In this document: piece by piece, positions 36,659 through 50,073 of the stretch
Layout of the letters: each line of letters begins with the position of its first letter
Numbering within the stretch: position 1 is the stretch's first letter
DNA from: Blepharisma stoltei ATCC 30299
Taxonomy: Eukaryota > Protista > Ciliophora
NCBI GenBank assembly: GCA_965603825.1
Contig: CBFDEM010000048.1
Span: forward strand, 124,001 to 188,000
Reading direction: 5' to 3'
DNA length: 64,000 nucleotides
Notes under the pieces: model-generated
Databases searched by the model: none
What the model was told of the DNA's origin: nothing
What the model saw: the letters and a program-made list of their open reading frames with translations, nothing else
Made by a program: the position numbers and the translations under genes

Positions 36659-38614
36659 TTAAACGATTATTTTAAGGCTTGAAATATCAGTTGGTAGCCT
36701 TTCTCTTACAAGATTTTCAATCGCATTAAACTGCAGCTCATCTAAGTCTTTTATTTCTCTTCTTAAGAACTCTATAGCTCTTTTCTCTGCATTTCTATTT
36801 AGCAGATCAACCCCTCTAAGCACTATGTCTACAATTTCAAATTTGCTGCTCTGTGAAGTTTCATCCACAATGAAATTAAGAAGGTTCCATTCTAAGCTGT
36901 TATAGTCTTTATACTGGTCTCCTTTCACGATTCTTCCAACGCAAAATTGTGTTAATTCTTTATAGTCCACCAGTTTTATCTGGACCAGCTTTTGTGCTAA
37001 CAAGCTAATTCTCTGTGGAGAAGTTTTCCATACATTAGCCAAGCTTTCTAAAATAATTATCCCCGAAATGCTGCTCATAATTTCAAAATACCTCTCCAGA
37101 TAAGTAGTTATATGAAGCATACTTTTGGCTCCTTGGAAAAACAAGCACTCACAGAAGATCTGCAGCAAAAAGTCTCCTGAGCTGCAAATTTCTTTTGATG
37201 CTAAAAGAGCTTTCATAGCCTGATTTGTAGCTCTAGAGTTAATTCTATCAATAATCAGCTGGCAATCAGTGTTGTCTACACTTTCTTCAATTTCTGCAAA
37301 CCGGAGATGGGCTTCTGGGTCTGCAGGCAGGTATATATGGAAAGGCTCAGGGAGCTCAGCCTTTACAAAATCTACATCGGATAGTCTGACTAGTTTATAA
37401 ATGACTCCTCTCACAAATGCAATTTGTGATTCTGTAAGTGGGACGCGGCTAAGAAAAGACTGCCAGTTCCATACGAAATTCTGGTTAGAAATGTAATGAG
37501 CTATGAAGTCTTGAAATTTTTCAAGGGCTGAAAAATCAATTGTATCAAGCAGAGAGATTAGCGTTTCTATAGATTCTTCTATTAAAGGCTCAAAAATATT
37601 AGAGGCAGCGCTTGAAGTCTGTAAGTTTAAAAGAATAGAACTGTATATGATAGGCTTAGAAGGAGATTTAGGAAGTGTTAAAAGTTCATCAATTAGCACG
37701 TTTACTACAAGTTTAGGCTGATTTATGACGAGAAGTTTTTCTGCTGCAAGCCGGGTTTTTGCTTTAAAAGCATCAATGATTTCAGAAGCTTTTTCATATG
37801 TAAGTGTATTTTCAATGGAGTCTAGTCCTGTATTTAATAAGTCAAAGCAGAGAGGACTTTGGTATTTCCATTTCTCACTCCATTGAGTAGCTGCTGGCTC
37901 GTCAAGTGTTAATCCTTCATTTAGTGGAGTGGAGAGGCTTAGAGATCTTGGCTGTGGGAATCCTTGCAGCGAAAAATGCTCAACAGCCTTTTCTAGCTGT
38001 TCTAGCCTACCTTCTTCGGATTGATATTGATGAATTTTGCAATATTTTTTCCATGCATGATTCCTGGGTAGCTTTAGAAGCTCTCTAAAAGATGCAAAAA
38101 TTTCTTGATCTACTTGTTGGCCTTCATGGAGAAAGGTGCTGGCTAATATGTTGGGGAAAAAATCCCATGTTGTTTGGCTATATTCCCTCCATAAAGAAAT
38201 TAGCCTGTTTAGCAGAGAGTTAAAATAGCTTGAGGAGATCAAATGAAGAGCACTAGCTTCTCCTAGAAATCGTAACACAAGTTTTATGCGCAATAAATTG
38301 CCTTCTTGTAAGATATCTTTGTAAATACCTAAGAGCTTATCTATCACAATTTTCACCAATGCTGAGTTTTGTTCAAAGACCTTCGCTAGAACTGTAGCAT
38401 AAATGTGCTGCTTCCCTGGGATTGAAGAGATGCATTTCGCTAACAGTTCAGTCAAAAATTCATAAAATTGCTGATCAGCAGAAATTAGCTCACTTTTTAG
38501 CTTCTCTATGTGTATTGGGACTTTTTCTTCCCCAAAGTCCCCAATGAGAGCAATTAGTTTTTGGTAGCGATTTTCCTCTTGGCCTGAGTTCTTGGCTCGT
38601 TTCTCTTCCTCCAT
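36659..38614 (-). CDS. NCBP1: Nuclear cap-binding protein subunit 1 (CBP80)
   Basis: MIF4G-like repeats; PGKQHIYATV and FIAHYISNQNFVWNW..KLVRLS motifs. Confidence 0.85.
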   Translation of the reverse strand: MEEEKRAKNSGQEENRYQKLIALIGDFGEEKVPIHIEKLKSELISADQQFYEFLTELLAKCISSIPGKQHIYATVLAKVFEQNSALVKIVIDKLLGIYKDILQEGNLLRIKLVLRFLGEASALHLISSSYFNSLLNRLISLWREYSQTTWDFFPNILASTFLHEGQQVDQEIFASFRELLKLPRNHAWKKYCKIHQYQSEEGRLEQLEKAVEHFSLQGFPQPRSLSLSTPLNEGLTLDEPAATQWSEKWKYQSPLCFDLLNTGLDSIENTLTYEKASEIIDAFKAKTRLAAEKLLVINQPKLVVNVLIDELLTLPKSPSKPIIYSSILLNLQTSSAASNIFEPLIEESIETLISLLDTIDFSALEKFQDFIAHYISNQNFVWNWQSFLSRVPLTESQIAFVRGVIYKLVRLSDVDFVKAELPEPFHIYLPADPEAHLRFAEIEESVDNTDCQLIIDRINSRATNQAMKALLASKEICSSGDFLLQIFCECLFFQGAKSMLHITTYLERYFEIMSSISGIIILESLANVWKTSPQRISLLAQKLVQIKLVDYKELTQFCVGRIVKGDQYKDYNSLEWNLLNFIVDETSQSSKFEIVDIVLRGVDLLNRNAEKRAIEFLRREIKDLDELQFNAIENLVRERLPTDISSLKIIV

Positions 38615-38716
38615 TTATAAAATTACAAATTCTCAATTCCCCTCAATTAAAATTACTAGTCCCATTTCCCTAAACGAGCAGTTTTAATAAAAATCTATTT
38701 TTCACTATTTAAATGT

Positions 38717-38932
38717 CTATTTTTTAATATTTTCCTGCTCTTTATCCCATAGATTCTTAAGCATATTTTCCCTTTTAATTTTCTTTCTTCTCTCTTTTTT
38801 TTTATCGATTTCTTTATCCAGCACCCAAGCTAAATAAATATTCGCAAGAATTCCTGCAATCGCAAGCATCTTTAGAAAATCCCATTTATGGCCTGGCTTC
38901 GGCACCTTGCTATCTGGCCAAGTTAAATCCAT
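38717..38932 (-). CDS. Small single-pass membrane protein, 71 aa
   Basis: One TM helix followed by a basic tail; fills the gap between NCBP1 and TBCK. Confidence 0.5.
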   Translation of the reverse strand: MDLTWPDSKVPKPGHKWDFLKMLAIAGILANIYLAWVLDKEIDKKKERRKKIKRENMLKNLWDKEQENIKK

Positions 38933-38936
38933 ATAA

Positions 38937-41501
38937 ATGGAAGATTTTTGTTTTGAATTTTCCTATGTGAAAATACACTATGAAATTCCAATCACAGACA
39001 CAAAGTCCTTTAGTGAGGAAGATTTTGAAGATTCTGAAACTAATGATTTTTTTACATATCCTGAGCTTCAAGGAAGATTTATTCAAGCAAAATCTATTGT
39101 TCATACCAATCTGGCTGAATATATAAAAATCAAAAATATAGGACCTGGAAAAGTGTTGATGGTAACTGAGACACATAATCAGAATTTATGGAAATTGTGG
39201 GAAAATAGAAGGTGAGTTTTAGATAGGATGAGAAATCAAATTTTTGAAGAGGAAGAATTAAGAAGAATTTCTTATGATATTATTAAAGGCTTAAATGTAG
39301 GTGCCAAAATGGGGTTCCCTTATTTATTATTAGAGCCTAAAAAGGTGCTAATTAACTCAGAAAGAGTAATAAAGCTAGCCCATGCAATAGATTCATTGAT
39401 ATTTGGGGTTGATTTTATTCAAGGAAGAAATTGAAAATATAGGGCCCCAGAAGAGTTTGTAAACGAATGCAAAAGTTATTATAAAATCGACGCTTGGTCG
39501 CTTGGGATAATTTTGCTTGAGTGCTTGTGCATGATGCCAATTCCAGTAAAAAATCCAGCTGAGTTTGTTGATTTATATCAAAACTATTCTCCTTATAAAG
39601 CTGCAGAATCTGACCTTGAAAAGTAAGTGAAAAATAGGTTTTTGGCATTTGAGTTTTTATTAACTAAAATTTCTCCAGATTTTCAGTCCTTATTGAGCTC
39701 TTTACTTTCTATTCAGCCGAACTCGAGACTTGATTCACTAGATTTGCTTTATCACCCATTTTTTCAAGGAATCTCTCCTTATTCTTTATATAGCCCTCCT
39801 CAGCATTCTCTTGAATACTTATTTTTACTATGAACAAAGCATAAAAACCTTGAATCCATTGAATCTCTAGAACAATATTTAATTGCTATCAATTTATTGC
39901 CTTATCTTCCACCTATTTTAAACATTCCTACAATAGTAGTCCCCTATTCAAGCCGCAAAGAAGAATTTCCCATTATTTTAGTAAAAAAAATTGATGTCCC
40001 AGCTGACTATCTGCTTCAAGAATTAAGAAAAGATAATGAAGAAGGAGGATGGGTAAGTGAAAATATCATGTTTAGTGATGAAGCTTCCTTAATCAGATCA
40101 GGAAGTGACTCATTATTTGGAAAAATCGGGAATATGTTTAGATCAAAATCAGTGAAAAGCCACCATTCAGGATCTTCAGCAAAATCAAAAAAAAAACCAA
40201 TCGAAATTTTTTCTGTTTTTCTTAAAAAATTCAAAATGTTCTCAAACGCAATTTTAAATATGCCAAACCCCGCATTTCTTGAGCTCTGTAAAGAAGGAAT
40301 TCCACAGTCATTAAGAGCTGAAGCGTGGAAAAAAATTTTGAACCTGAAGCCTAAGCATAAGATTCTTTATAGCTTTTATAGCTCGGTAAGAATTCCAGCG
40401 CCAAATAAGCAAATTTCATTGGATATCCCAAGATGCCACCAATATCATCCATTTTTGGCTTCCTCATATGGAAAGAAAAAATTAGAAACCATCCTTAAGC
40501 TCTGGTTTTCTTTGCATTCTACTATTAAGTACTCACAAGGTTTAGACTCAATTGCTGCAGTTTTTGTTTCTTTATATGAAAATGACGAAGCTTCAGCTTT
40601 TGTATGTTTTGACAAAGTGATTGAAAAATATCTTTATACAGTTCTGCGATATGATGAGTGTCTTGCCCATATTTTAATTATTTTGAGAAACTTAATAAAC
40701 TTTTTAGATCCTGAGTTAGGGCATTATTTGTTTGTAAAAGATGTAAATCCTGAAATGTATGCGGCCCCATGGCTTTTAACTTTATACGCTCATATATTCC
40801 CATTAAATCAAATTTATATACTTTATGACCAGCTTTTAACTCACCCTCCAAGTTTCCTATATTATATTGGCTTTTCTATATTGCAACAAGTGAGAAAAAT
40901 GATTTTAGAATCTCAGCATGACCAAATCATAAACATTTTATCTGCTCTAAACGGACTTATTGACTTTGATAGATGCTTAAGAGAAGCAAAAGAGATTTTC
41001 AATAAAATGACAGTTGATCTCTGCGTGTTAAAGTCTCCTGTAAAAGACTCCAAGAAGAAGTGGGAAATGATTTTGCCAATTGAAATAGCTCAGGAAACAA
41101 GAGTTCCAATGATAGATCTAGAAGACTTGTTTATTATAGACAACAATCAATGCAAGCTAAAAAACGGAATAATCCTAGTCGACGTGAGAGCTCCTGCAGA
41201 ACAAAAGAAAACCAAAACAAAAGCGACTGTATCAGTTCCTATTGCACTAGCTCAAAGTAACACAAAATCGATTCTTCCTGCTCTTAAACCATCAAAAAAT
41301 CAAGTAGATGGGCTCAAAGGGATTCAAAAAGATGCAATCCTAGTCTTAATTGGAGACGACTCTATGAATGCAAATAGCGTAATTTTCATTTAGTTTGGCA
41401 ATATTTTATCTCAAAGAGTCCTTATGCCGAAAATCTGTATACTGCGTGGTGGAATAGACATTTTGAAGGGCGAAATGAAAGGAATTCTTGTAGAAGAGTA
41501 A
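38937..41501 (+). CDS. TBCK: TBCK-like protein (pseudokinase + Rab-GAP TBC + rhodanese); introns 39623-39637, 41379-41393, probable 39212-39226
   Basis: YRAPE..DAWSLGII kinase remnant, QISLDIPRCHQYH and YSQGLDSI TBC motifs, LVDVR..ICILRGGI rhodanese; TGA at 39432 and 39831. Confidence 0.88.
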
Positions 41502-41525
41502 TATAATAATTTGATTTAAAATAAT

Positions 41526-42425
41526 ATGATCAAAAATGAAGACCAGAACTCAACACCCAAAGTAAGGCAGTATTTTTATTTTTTTAAAGTGCTATTGCTG
41601 CTATATTTGGGGATTCTAATAGTAATTTCTTTTGGGACTCTGCATTTAAGAAGCTTCGAGACGTCTTCTGAGGTATATAAGTCATTCACGAATTCTGCCT
41701 ATCTCCAGCTTTCAAAACTATTTTATTTTTATATTTTGATTATATCAGGATATTTTTACACAGTATCAGTAGTTCTGAGATTCAAAGACAAAGAGCTACG
41801 AGACAAAACAGAATCAAGTCTAAATTTTATCTCTTATATTGGATATGGATTGGTCCTATTTCTTGTAGGACCAAACATTACACTGATGAGCACAGAAGAT
41901 GGTTCAAAAATAAATTCATTATTATTCAACTTTTTTGCATTTACAATTCCATATGTGATAGTTTTACATTATTCTTATGTGGAGAAAGGATTTCTTAAAG
42001 ACATTTCGCTAAGCTGAGATAGCATAAAGTACTGGGAATGGTACCATCAGTCTGTAGTTGTGCTGGTTTTATTGGGAATTTTAGGATCAGTTGGGTATCT
42101 TTTATACTTATTATATTTAGACAATAAAATTATCGAATATGCTATTACGTATATCATTGGGATTATAATAGTGACCATATTATTTTGCATCCTTAAAAGG
42201 TGTTACAAATTGCAGCTACCTAAATATATTCTGGGAATGATGATTTTACCTCTCACAGGGACTCAGCACATATTTTCAGCAATTGTCCAAGGGATAGCTT
42301 TAGGCCTTTATACAGAAGGAATTTGCCGATGGGGTTTTGAGTCCTTTATAGTAAGGTCGCTAAGGCATACCCACCCTCAAGGAGAGATCTGAAGCACTAA
42401 AAAATTTTCTAGTAAATTTAATTAA
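41526..42425 (+). CDS. Multi-pass membrane protein, 299 aa
   Basis: Two ORFs joined by TGA 42015; about 7 hydrophobic helices; TAA at 42423-42425. Confidence 0.7.
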
Positions 42426-42457
42426 TTTTCATAATATGCTTTATTTTAATTCAATTA

Positions 42458-43930
42458 ATGTCAGATATTAAACTTGCAAGTCTCCACAAAGGCTCTCTTT
42501 CAGTAAGTTATAAACAGGGCACTCAACGAGTAATTATCATTGAAAAGAGCCCTACTCATCTTCCGACTTTACATAAAAATACATCAAGAACTCCTAACAA
42601 ATTAAGAATCAATTTAAACCAAACATTGGAACTCCCAGGAATTTCTCGCTTTCACACCCCTCATCCGAATCAAGTGCTCCAACCGAATTTTCAAGAAAAA
42701 TCGATTTTTTCTCCCCAATCAGAAACTCCGCAGTTAATAAATTTAGAAAAAGTCCAAGAGATCGAAGAAAAATTATGGGATATTTTAAATAAACTCAAAG
42801 CTGACGAAGATGTCTCATCAATATGTGGAGAATATTGAGAATTAACAGAAGATGAAGCAATTTGAAACATTGAAAAATTATTTAGAGAAATCAGGATGAG
42901 GAAGTCATTGAGAAACACCATCATTCTCGAGTCCTGTGCAATTGCAGCTTTAGCGCATTCGACGAAGAATAAGGGTATCTGGACTGGAATTGCGAATCAG
43001 GCAAGACACATGATTAATTATGTGCATCAAAATTTTTTGACCCTTGTAGACATCATCTTATCAAGACTCCCTCCAGAGTTCACATCTAACACATGGGCAG
43101 CCAACTTGCAGCAAACTGTCAGAGCAAAGAAATCTAGGATTTCTAATAAAAAAGATTACTCAACTTATTTAAAAAATCACTGTGACGTCATTTCAAACTG
43201 CATCAAAACAATCTGCAGACTTCTGCCGAATAACGGTAGAAATGGTTTTCAGTATGAAATGGTCCACATTTTAAATAACCTTGACAAATATTCCATTTCC
43301 AGCGCAAGATCCCACATCACCAAGCTTCAGTCAAATTCCTCTAAAGAATTTACCCCAAACTTCTATATGCAACAACTAGACGCTCCGTATTTGCCACAAG
43401 TATCAGGAAATGTATATACCCTTGTTCTCGATTTAGACGAAACTTTAGTCCACTTTAAAGACCATGGGAAATCTGGACAGCTGCTAATTAGGCCTTATTG
43501 TAGAGAGTTTTTAAAAGAAATGGCCCAATGGTATGAGATTGTAGTGTTTACAGCTGGGGTGCAAGAATATGCAGACTGAGCTATCAATGTAATGGATATT
43601 GACCATTGTGTCAATTATAGACTTTATAGGCAGCATACAATTCAAGCTGGGCCTGTATTTATTAAAGATTTGAGAAAGCTGGGAAGGCCGCTTTCTAGTG
43701 TGATTATCATAGATAACATGGCTGCGAATTTTCAGCTGCAAGCAGAGAATGGGATTTATATAAATAGCTGGGTTGGAGATGAAAAAGATAAGGCACTTAT
43801 GGAATTAGCTCCTTTGCTAGCAGATATTGTTCATAGTAATGCAAGTGATGTAAGGGTAGCCTTGAGGAATATGAAAGAAGAAATAGAAGAAAAGGATGAG
43901 TTTAGCGTAAATTTAAGTGAAGATATTTAA
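42458..43930 (+). CDS. FCP1/SCP (NIF) HAD-family CTD phosphatase-like protein, 490 aa
   Basis: LVLDLDETLVH, VFTAG..YAD, KDLRKLGRPL..IIIDN; three TGA(Trp). Confidence 0.9.
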
Positions 43931-44041
43931 TAAAATTGACAATTTTGACTTAAATAAGAGTTTTATAAGAAAATTTTTCAGGTAACCATCTTGGCGGTAG
44001 ATTGATTTCGGTATAAAAGGGCATTTTAGTTAGAATAATAA

Positions 44042-47000
44042 ATGAGCCAAGACCTAAACACAATTATAGCTCTCCTTCATAAGACTTTTACCTCTAAGAC
44101 AAGCGAAGATATAAAAGAAGCTGAATCTGAACTTTCAAAATTTAGTTCTAACCTTGAACTTTATATATTAAATCTAGTTCAAATAATTTCAGTGAGAAAT
44201 GATATAAATTTACAGATTAAAAGTTCAGCATCAATTCGACTGAAAATGATCATTAAAGAAGCATTGGAGCAAAACTCTGTTCCTTATGAAACCAATAAAT
44301 TTCTGATTCAATCTGTTTTCTCTTCAATTGTAGCTCCTTCGATAAATACTTCTATTAGAAACACATTAGAAGATGCACTTGCCCTTCTTTTCGCTCGAGA
44401 CTATAGTATCAGTTCAGGAACTTTTTTTGGGAACATAAGTCAGTATCTTATTTCTTCTCTTCAAAGCGACTTTTCTTTTAAAGTTGGAGCAATAAAAACT
44501 ATTGAAGCAATGATTGTGGGGATAAATCACACAGCACAATGCAGAATTTTTCTTAGAGATTTCATAGGCCCTCTTATAGACTTAGGAAATCATACAATCA
44601 ATAGTCTGAGGTCATTGCCTCGAGGAAATAGTTTGCTAGAAGAAAGTTTGGAAATTCTATATGAGCTTTCCTTAGCTTTTTTAAAAATTATAGTCCAATT
44701 TGAATTCGAGACGCAGGAGTATAAGAACTTGGCAGATCTCGCCAGCTATTTTAAAGATTGTTTACTATTAGAATATCCAAACTCTGACAGCCACAAACTT
44801 ATAACTATCGGAAAATCGAAATCTCAGGATTTTTTTAACAGTATGAAATCTCTTACTCTACAAGCTGTTTACAATGTTGTCTCTATCACAACTTATAACG
44901 ACATAAAATCTCTTGCAAAATCTGATATCAATCAACAGCCTTTTTCCTTAATAATTTTTGAGTTTTATGAGCCTCTGCTGTATACCATTTTTCTAATTAT
45001 TTCTCATACAAATTATGAATTTGCAACTCAACAAGAAAGCATTTCAGATTTAATTTCGCATTTTTTGAAGCTCCTGGTAGAGACCTTAAGAGATGACTCT
45101 TTTTATCATATTCATTATCAAAATTATCAACATATAATTGTTGATATACTTTTCCCTCTTCTTAAAACAACAGAAAATGAAAAAGAAGGATTTGAGCTTA
45201 ACCCAGAAGATTTTATTGAGATGTCTAATGATATCTGCTCCAAAAAGAAATCACAGACACCAAAGTCTTTATCAGCTGAGCTACTTTTAAAATTTTCAAA
45301 AAAAATCGATGGAGCACTGACTTTTATTACGAATTTTTTGGTGGATTATATAGACTTTGCAATATTAAATGCAAGCCCTTTGTCGTTTTCTAGCCTGGAA
45401 AATTTCAGTAGTTCGGTTATTATGACTTTTACAAATGAAGCTAAACTAGATTTAGGCTTGCTTTGTCTTTCAGCTTTGTCTTATTACCTTATACAAAGAC
45501 CAGATTTACTAGAAATCATTGATTCTCTCCTGCTTACTCATATTGATACTATCATGAACTATGACTCAAATCTCGTTATCAATAGATTTTGCCTATTTTT
45601 TAATTATTTTGGCTCTGAGTTATTAAAAACTAACTCTGATTTATACCAAAAAATAGTCGCTTTTATAGTATCTTTATGTGATCCAGAACAAAAGCACAAA
45701 GGTGTTCATAACCAAGCTTCTAATACAATAAGTACCTTAATTAGTGACTCCTCATCAGCTTTAAGAATAAACAGTTTTATCGATGAAATTTTCCTACTTT
45801 TTATTTCTTATATAGGGAAACATGAAAATTTAGGATTTTTTGATGCATTGAAAATAATAATAGAGAACAAGCCAAACGTTGCGCTTACTAATATAGATAA
45901 GCTTATTCCTGAGCTTGTAGATAAAATATTGAATTTTGATGATCAAATTGACCAAAGACCATCTATCAAATCTGATTGCAAAATGTTGATAAAAATAATA
46001 TGCTGAAAAATCATGCAAGCTATTGTAGAGTCCCCTCATGTTTCTGTAGAAGTTTGCTTAGATATTGAAAAGCAGCTTCAGCCACTAATTGATGCTATAA
46101 AAGATGGGAAAGAGGATTATGAAGAATATCTGTTTGATATAGAAAATGAAATAATAAAAAAATGTGAAAATGTCACCAATAACTGCTGGACAATTTTTGA
46201 CTTTATTCTAGGCAAAAAAGAAGCTGAAGATACATTTTATGAAGCATTTCCTTTTATAAACAACACTTTATGGTATGGAAGAGAAGTTATCAAGGCTAAT
46301 TTAAATATAATAAGCAGACTTGTTGATATTTCTGGGAAGTTTTTGCAACAAACTCCAGATGAAGATGGCAGAACTGAGTCCCAAATATCAAGAGGGGCTT
46401 TAATTTTGCAACAAATTCTCCATGTATATACAGGCTATGTTGATGAAGATTTAGAAAAAATTATACTATATGTTATGCAGAGATTAATGCTTCCTATAGG
46501 AAATGAGCTTTTCAAAATGAGGCTACTTGGTGTCATATTTTCTGGGTTTATGTATAACTGCCAAAAAACGCTAGAAATTTTATCCTCAAGACTCAACCAA
46601 AATGGAGAAAATTTGCTTGAACTGTTTTTAAATGATTCTTTAAATATTAAAGGAAAATATTCTCACCCTTATGACAGAAGAATAGCAGTCATAGGATTCA
46701 CCCAGTTAATGCTACAAGAAGAGCTCCCAGAAATAGTCACAAATAATATTTCACAAATCTTCAAATTAATAGTTTACATTTTATACTGTGCAAATCCTCC
46801 ACAAGATGTCCAAGAAATGCCTATGAGCCACGATATAGACGAAATTGTGAATAAAATGATGACTGATGAGAGCATTGAATTTCTGTATACTTATTCCTTT
46901 TTTAATTCCCCTATTAAAGATATTGATGAGTATGATCATTTCAGAAATTTGCTAAAAACATTGAAAAGTGTGTCTAATGAGGCATTACAGATGCTGGTGG

Positions 47001-47137
47001 GAGAATTGGATAAAGATCAAGTGGAGCAGCTATTTAGAGTCATTGAGTCGAAAAAAGTGCAGATTAATAGTAAGACGAAGGGAGCTGTAGATGTAAGGAA
47101 AATTGTGAAGCCTAAAAAAACTGCTGTTAGTAATTAA
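44042..47137 (+). CDS. Importin-beta family (importin-7/8-like) HEAT protein, 1031 aa
   Basis: N-terminal 'IKEAESEL..SASIRLK', 'FELNPEDFI', 'YDRRIAVIGF'; single TGA at 46004. Confidence 0.8.
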
Positions 47138-47146
47138 TTGGTTTTG

Positions 47147-48079
47147 CTAATATGTTTTATTATCAATTAAAAAAATATCAATTGGTTTCAAGCTAAATTG
47201 ATAAAGTTCATCGCTTATCATATAATAAATATAGCCTTCGCACTCAACTCTTAAAGAACAATTAAAACCTTCACGATTAATAGTACCAATCCTACATTTT
47301 TCCCAACAAAATAAATCATTTTCTAGACTTTCATAAATAGTCCCACCATGATCCAGAATATATCCTCTGTTGTTTACTTTTATTATAATTTTATATGCCA
47401 ATCTTACAAATGGGACATTAACATCTGTAAATATATCAATAGCTGGATCATAAATATATAAAACTTCATGATGATACCCATAAATAAGAATTACTCCATT
47501 AAATACCTCACAAGAACAATAATAAGATTTTACTGGCAAAGACATCAATTCTGATCATCTATTTTCAGATAAGCTATATCTTGATGATGCCTTAAAAAGA
47601 TCATGATAATCGCAACCCCCAAATATATAGACAAAGCCATTATAATAAACCCCTCCAGCTCCAAAAGCTGGTTTTCCTTCTTGAAGATTTGTTATATTGT
47701 AAAAACTGTCAAGAATAAACGCTGAGCCTGAAATAGGGAGATTTCCATAGAAAAATAATTTATTATCAGGAATCCTGCATATCATATTTCCTGATAAGTT
47801 TTTAGGAATTTTTAATTCTTGCTCATAAATTGTTTTGGTTTTAGAGTCAAAAACACATGCTGATTTTGAGTTGCTTTTTCAGGAAATTATTGAAGTGCTA
47901 TTATCTGTGCAATGAGTCTGATTGGTTACAGTTTGAGAGATATAAAGAGGCAGCTTATAGTTTTGTGATTTTTCTTCAATATTATTGTCAAATAAAGTGT
48001 CTGCAGGTTTTGAATTTAGATTTGAGTTTTGGATGCAGTCTGAGCTAAAACTTTGCGGATTTCTTATATTATTTCCCAT
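47147..48079 (-). CDS. Kelch-like beta-propeller protein, 310 aa
   Basis: Three ORFs in one frame via TGA 47879 and 47555; YYNGFVYIFGG..RYSLSENR(W) kelch repeat; MGNN start. Confidence 0.75.
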
Positions 48080-50073
48080 AATTATAAATTTTAAACAGTA
48101 AATTTTCATATAGTTTATAACATGAATCATAAAAATAATAAATGCAAAATATTACATAATTTTTGATTAATAGCCATTGCATTCTACAACCTTTCAATTG
48201 CATAATATATCATAAATCCTTCAAAAGTATTTTTCATCTTCATCTGGCTGATAAATAATTGTGGAATGCTAAGGCATACAACTCTTTTCTTAGTTTTGAC
48301 TAAATTATCTATTTCTCGGTTATTTTCATATTAGCTCGTTAATCCTTAAAACATGATATTTGATTTATCTTCATTTTTCTCAAATTAGTGAAAACTTTTT
48401 CCCTATGATTTGGGAATTTTGAAGGAATGAAATATCTTTAATAACTGCAGCTGACTGATTAGCAAATTTAGGCTCATATAGTTCATCTAATCTCCCTTTC
48501 TTTTTTGCATAAGGATGGATCTAAAGATCTTAAAAACTTAAGCTTCGGCAATCTTACTGAAGGACATTCTACTCTGAGGCGTTCAAAAAGCATTGATATG
48601 ATCTTTTTCTATGCATTTCTGCAAAAATTTTTGAGAGAGATTCATTGATGTATTAAGCATTTTTTTAGAATAAAATTTGATAAATGCTAATTATGCTTTA
48701 TTTAACCGTTTTGAAATATATAATGATTAGTATTTAAAAATAAGAGCAAATTATTTTTACACCCTTTAGGCAGGAAAATGGCTTTGTGTAAGCATTTTAA
48801 AATAAAATTTTCAACCAATGCCTTTATATAATTGCATTGAATGATTTTATTACTACAGAAAATATAGTATTCCGCACTAAGCAAAATTTCAGTTTATCTT
48901 ACCCTGTCGCGCTGTTCACCTATTCTTTGTCATTACCAATCGTTCCACCTTATATGCTCTGCGTTGTTACCATCCCACCCCAAAAGAATTTGATTTTGAA
49001 GTTAGTATACCGGTTAAATTATTGTTTGATAGTAACCATAATTATTATTTGCATGATGTCTGAATGATATTGACTCTAGTTATATCGTGCAACCTAGTCT
49101 TTGACATCACCTTGAAATGCAAGCTCTACTTATTTAACCTTTTAATCCTATTTTAGATAGTTGTTAACCAGTTTAAGATCACTGCGATAAGGTACTACAA
49201 ATACTGTACGCCTATATTAGGGAATTCAAACATAGTGTTATATCAGGAGGTACTATTTTTTCAGATTACCTTTTATTTCCTCCTTTATATCCCGTGTTAT
49301 GTTTATTACATGTAATCCATCACGTGCGCAAGCTTTCGTTCATACCTCTATGCTGTATAATTATCCACATTTTTTCAATACGATTATCATCATACGGATT
49401 AATTTCACTCAACTGCTGTGATGTTTCCAGGTTACCAATTTTATATTTTCGTCGCCATGTACTCATAGATGCTGTTCGATCACGTCTATTGTTCATTATA
49501 TGTTCTCAATATACCTTCACGACGTACTACTAATTAGTTCCTTACACTTATTTTACATTTTTGATTTTACTTACTATTTATAACGCATTTTTTCCCAAGA
49601 ACGCTTCTATTGACACTTTTTCACCGCATATGATTAAAGAAAAACCGAGGACACTCATTCTTCTTCATTTGACCATTAAGCCATGTCACCATTCAGTGCT
49701 TCGATTGCAGGAAGAATGTCAGCAATCAAATATGTTTTTCTGCTCAAAAGATTTTTATAGTCATCATGGACATCCCATATATATCTTTCATTATGTAATT
49801 TGATTCTACGCGCTGATAAGAAGTCGTAGTCTTCAAAATAGTTATTCATCCGGATTGCACTCATTTCAGTTCCCTTTTTTTACTGTTGATGTAGTAATAC
49901 CAAATTTAAGAGATATTAATAATCTAATTAGACATAAATATATGCTAAATAGTATAATATTTAAATACTGACAATATGACATAATCTTTAAAATGGTTAA
50001 TATAATATCATTCTTAACATAATTCATAATTAATTAATTATCATCAGTTCAGAACTATTACTAATCTTTATAA

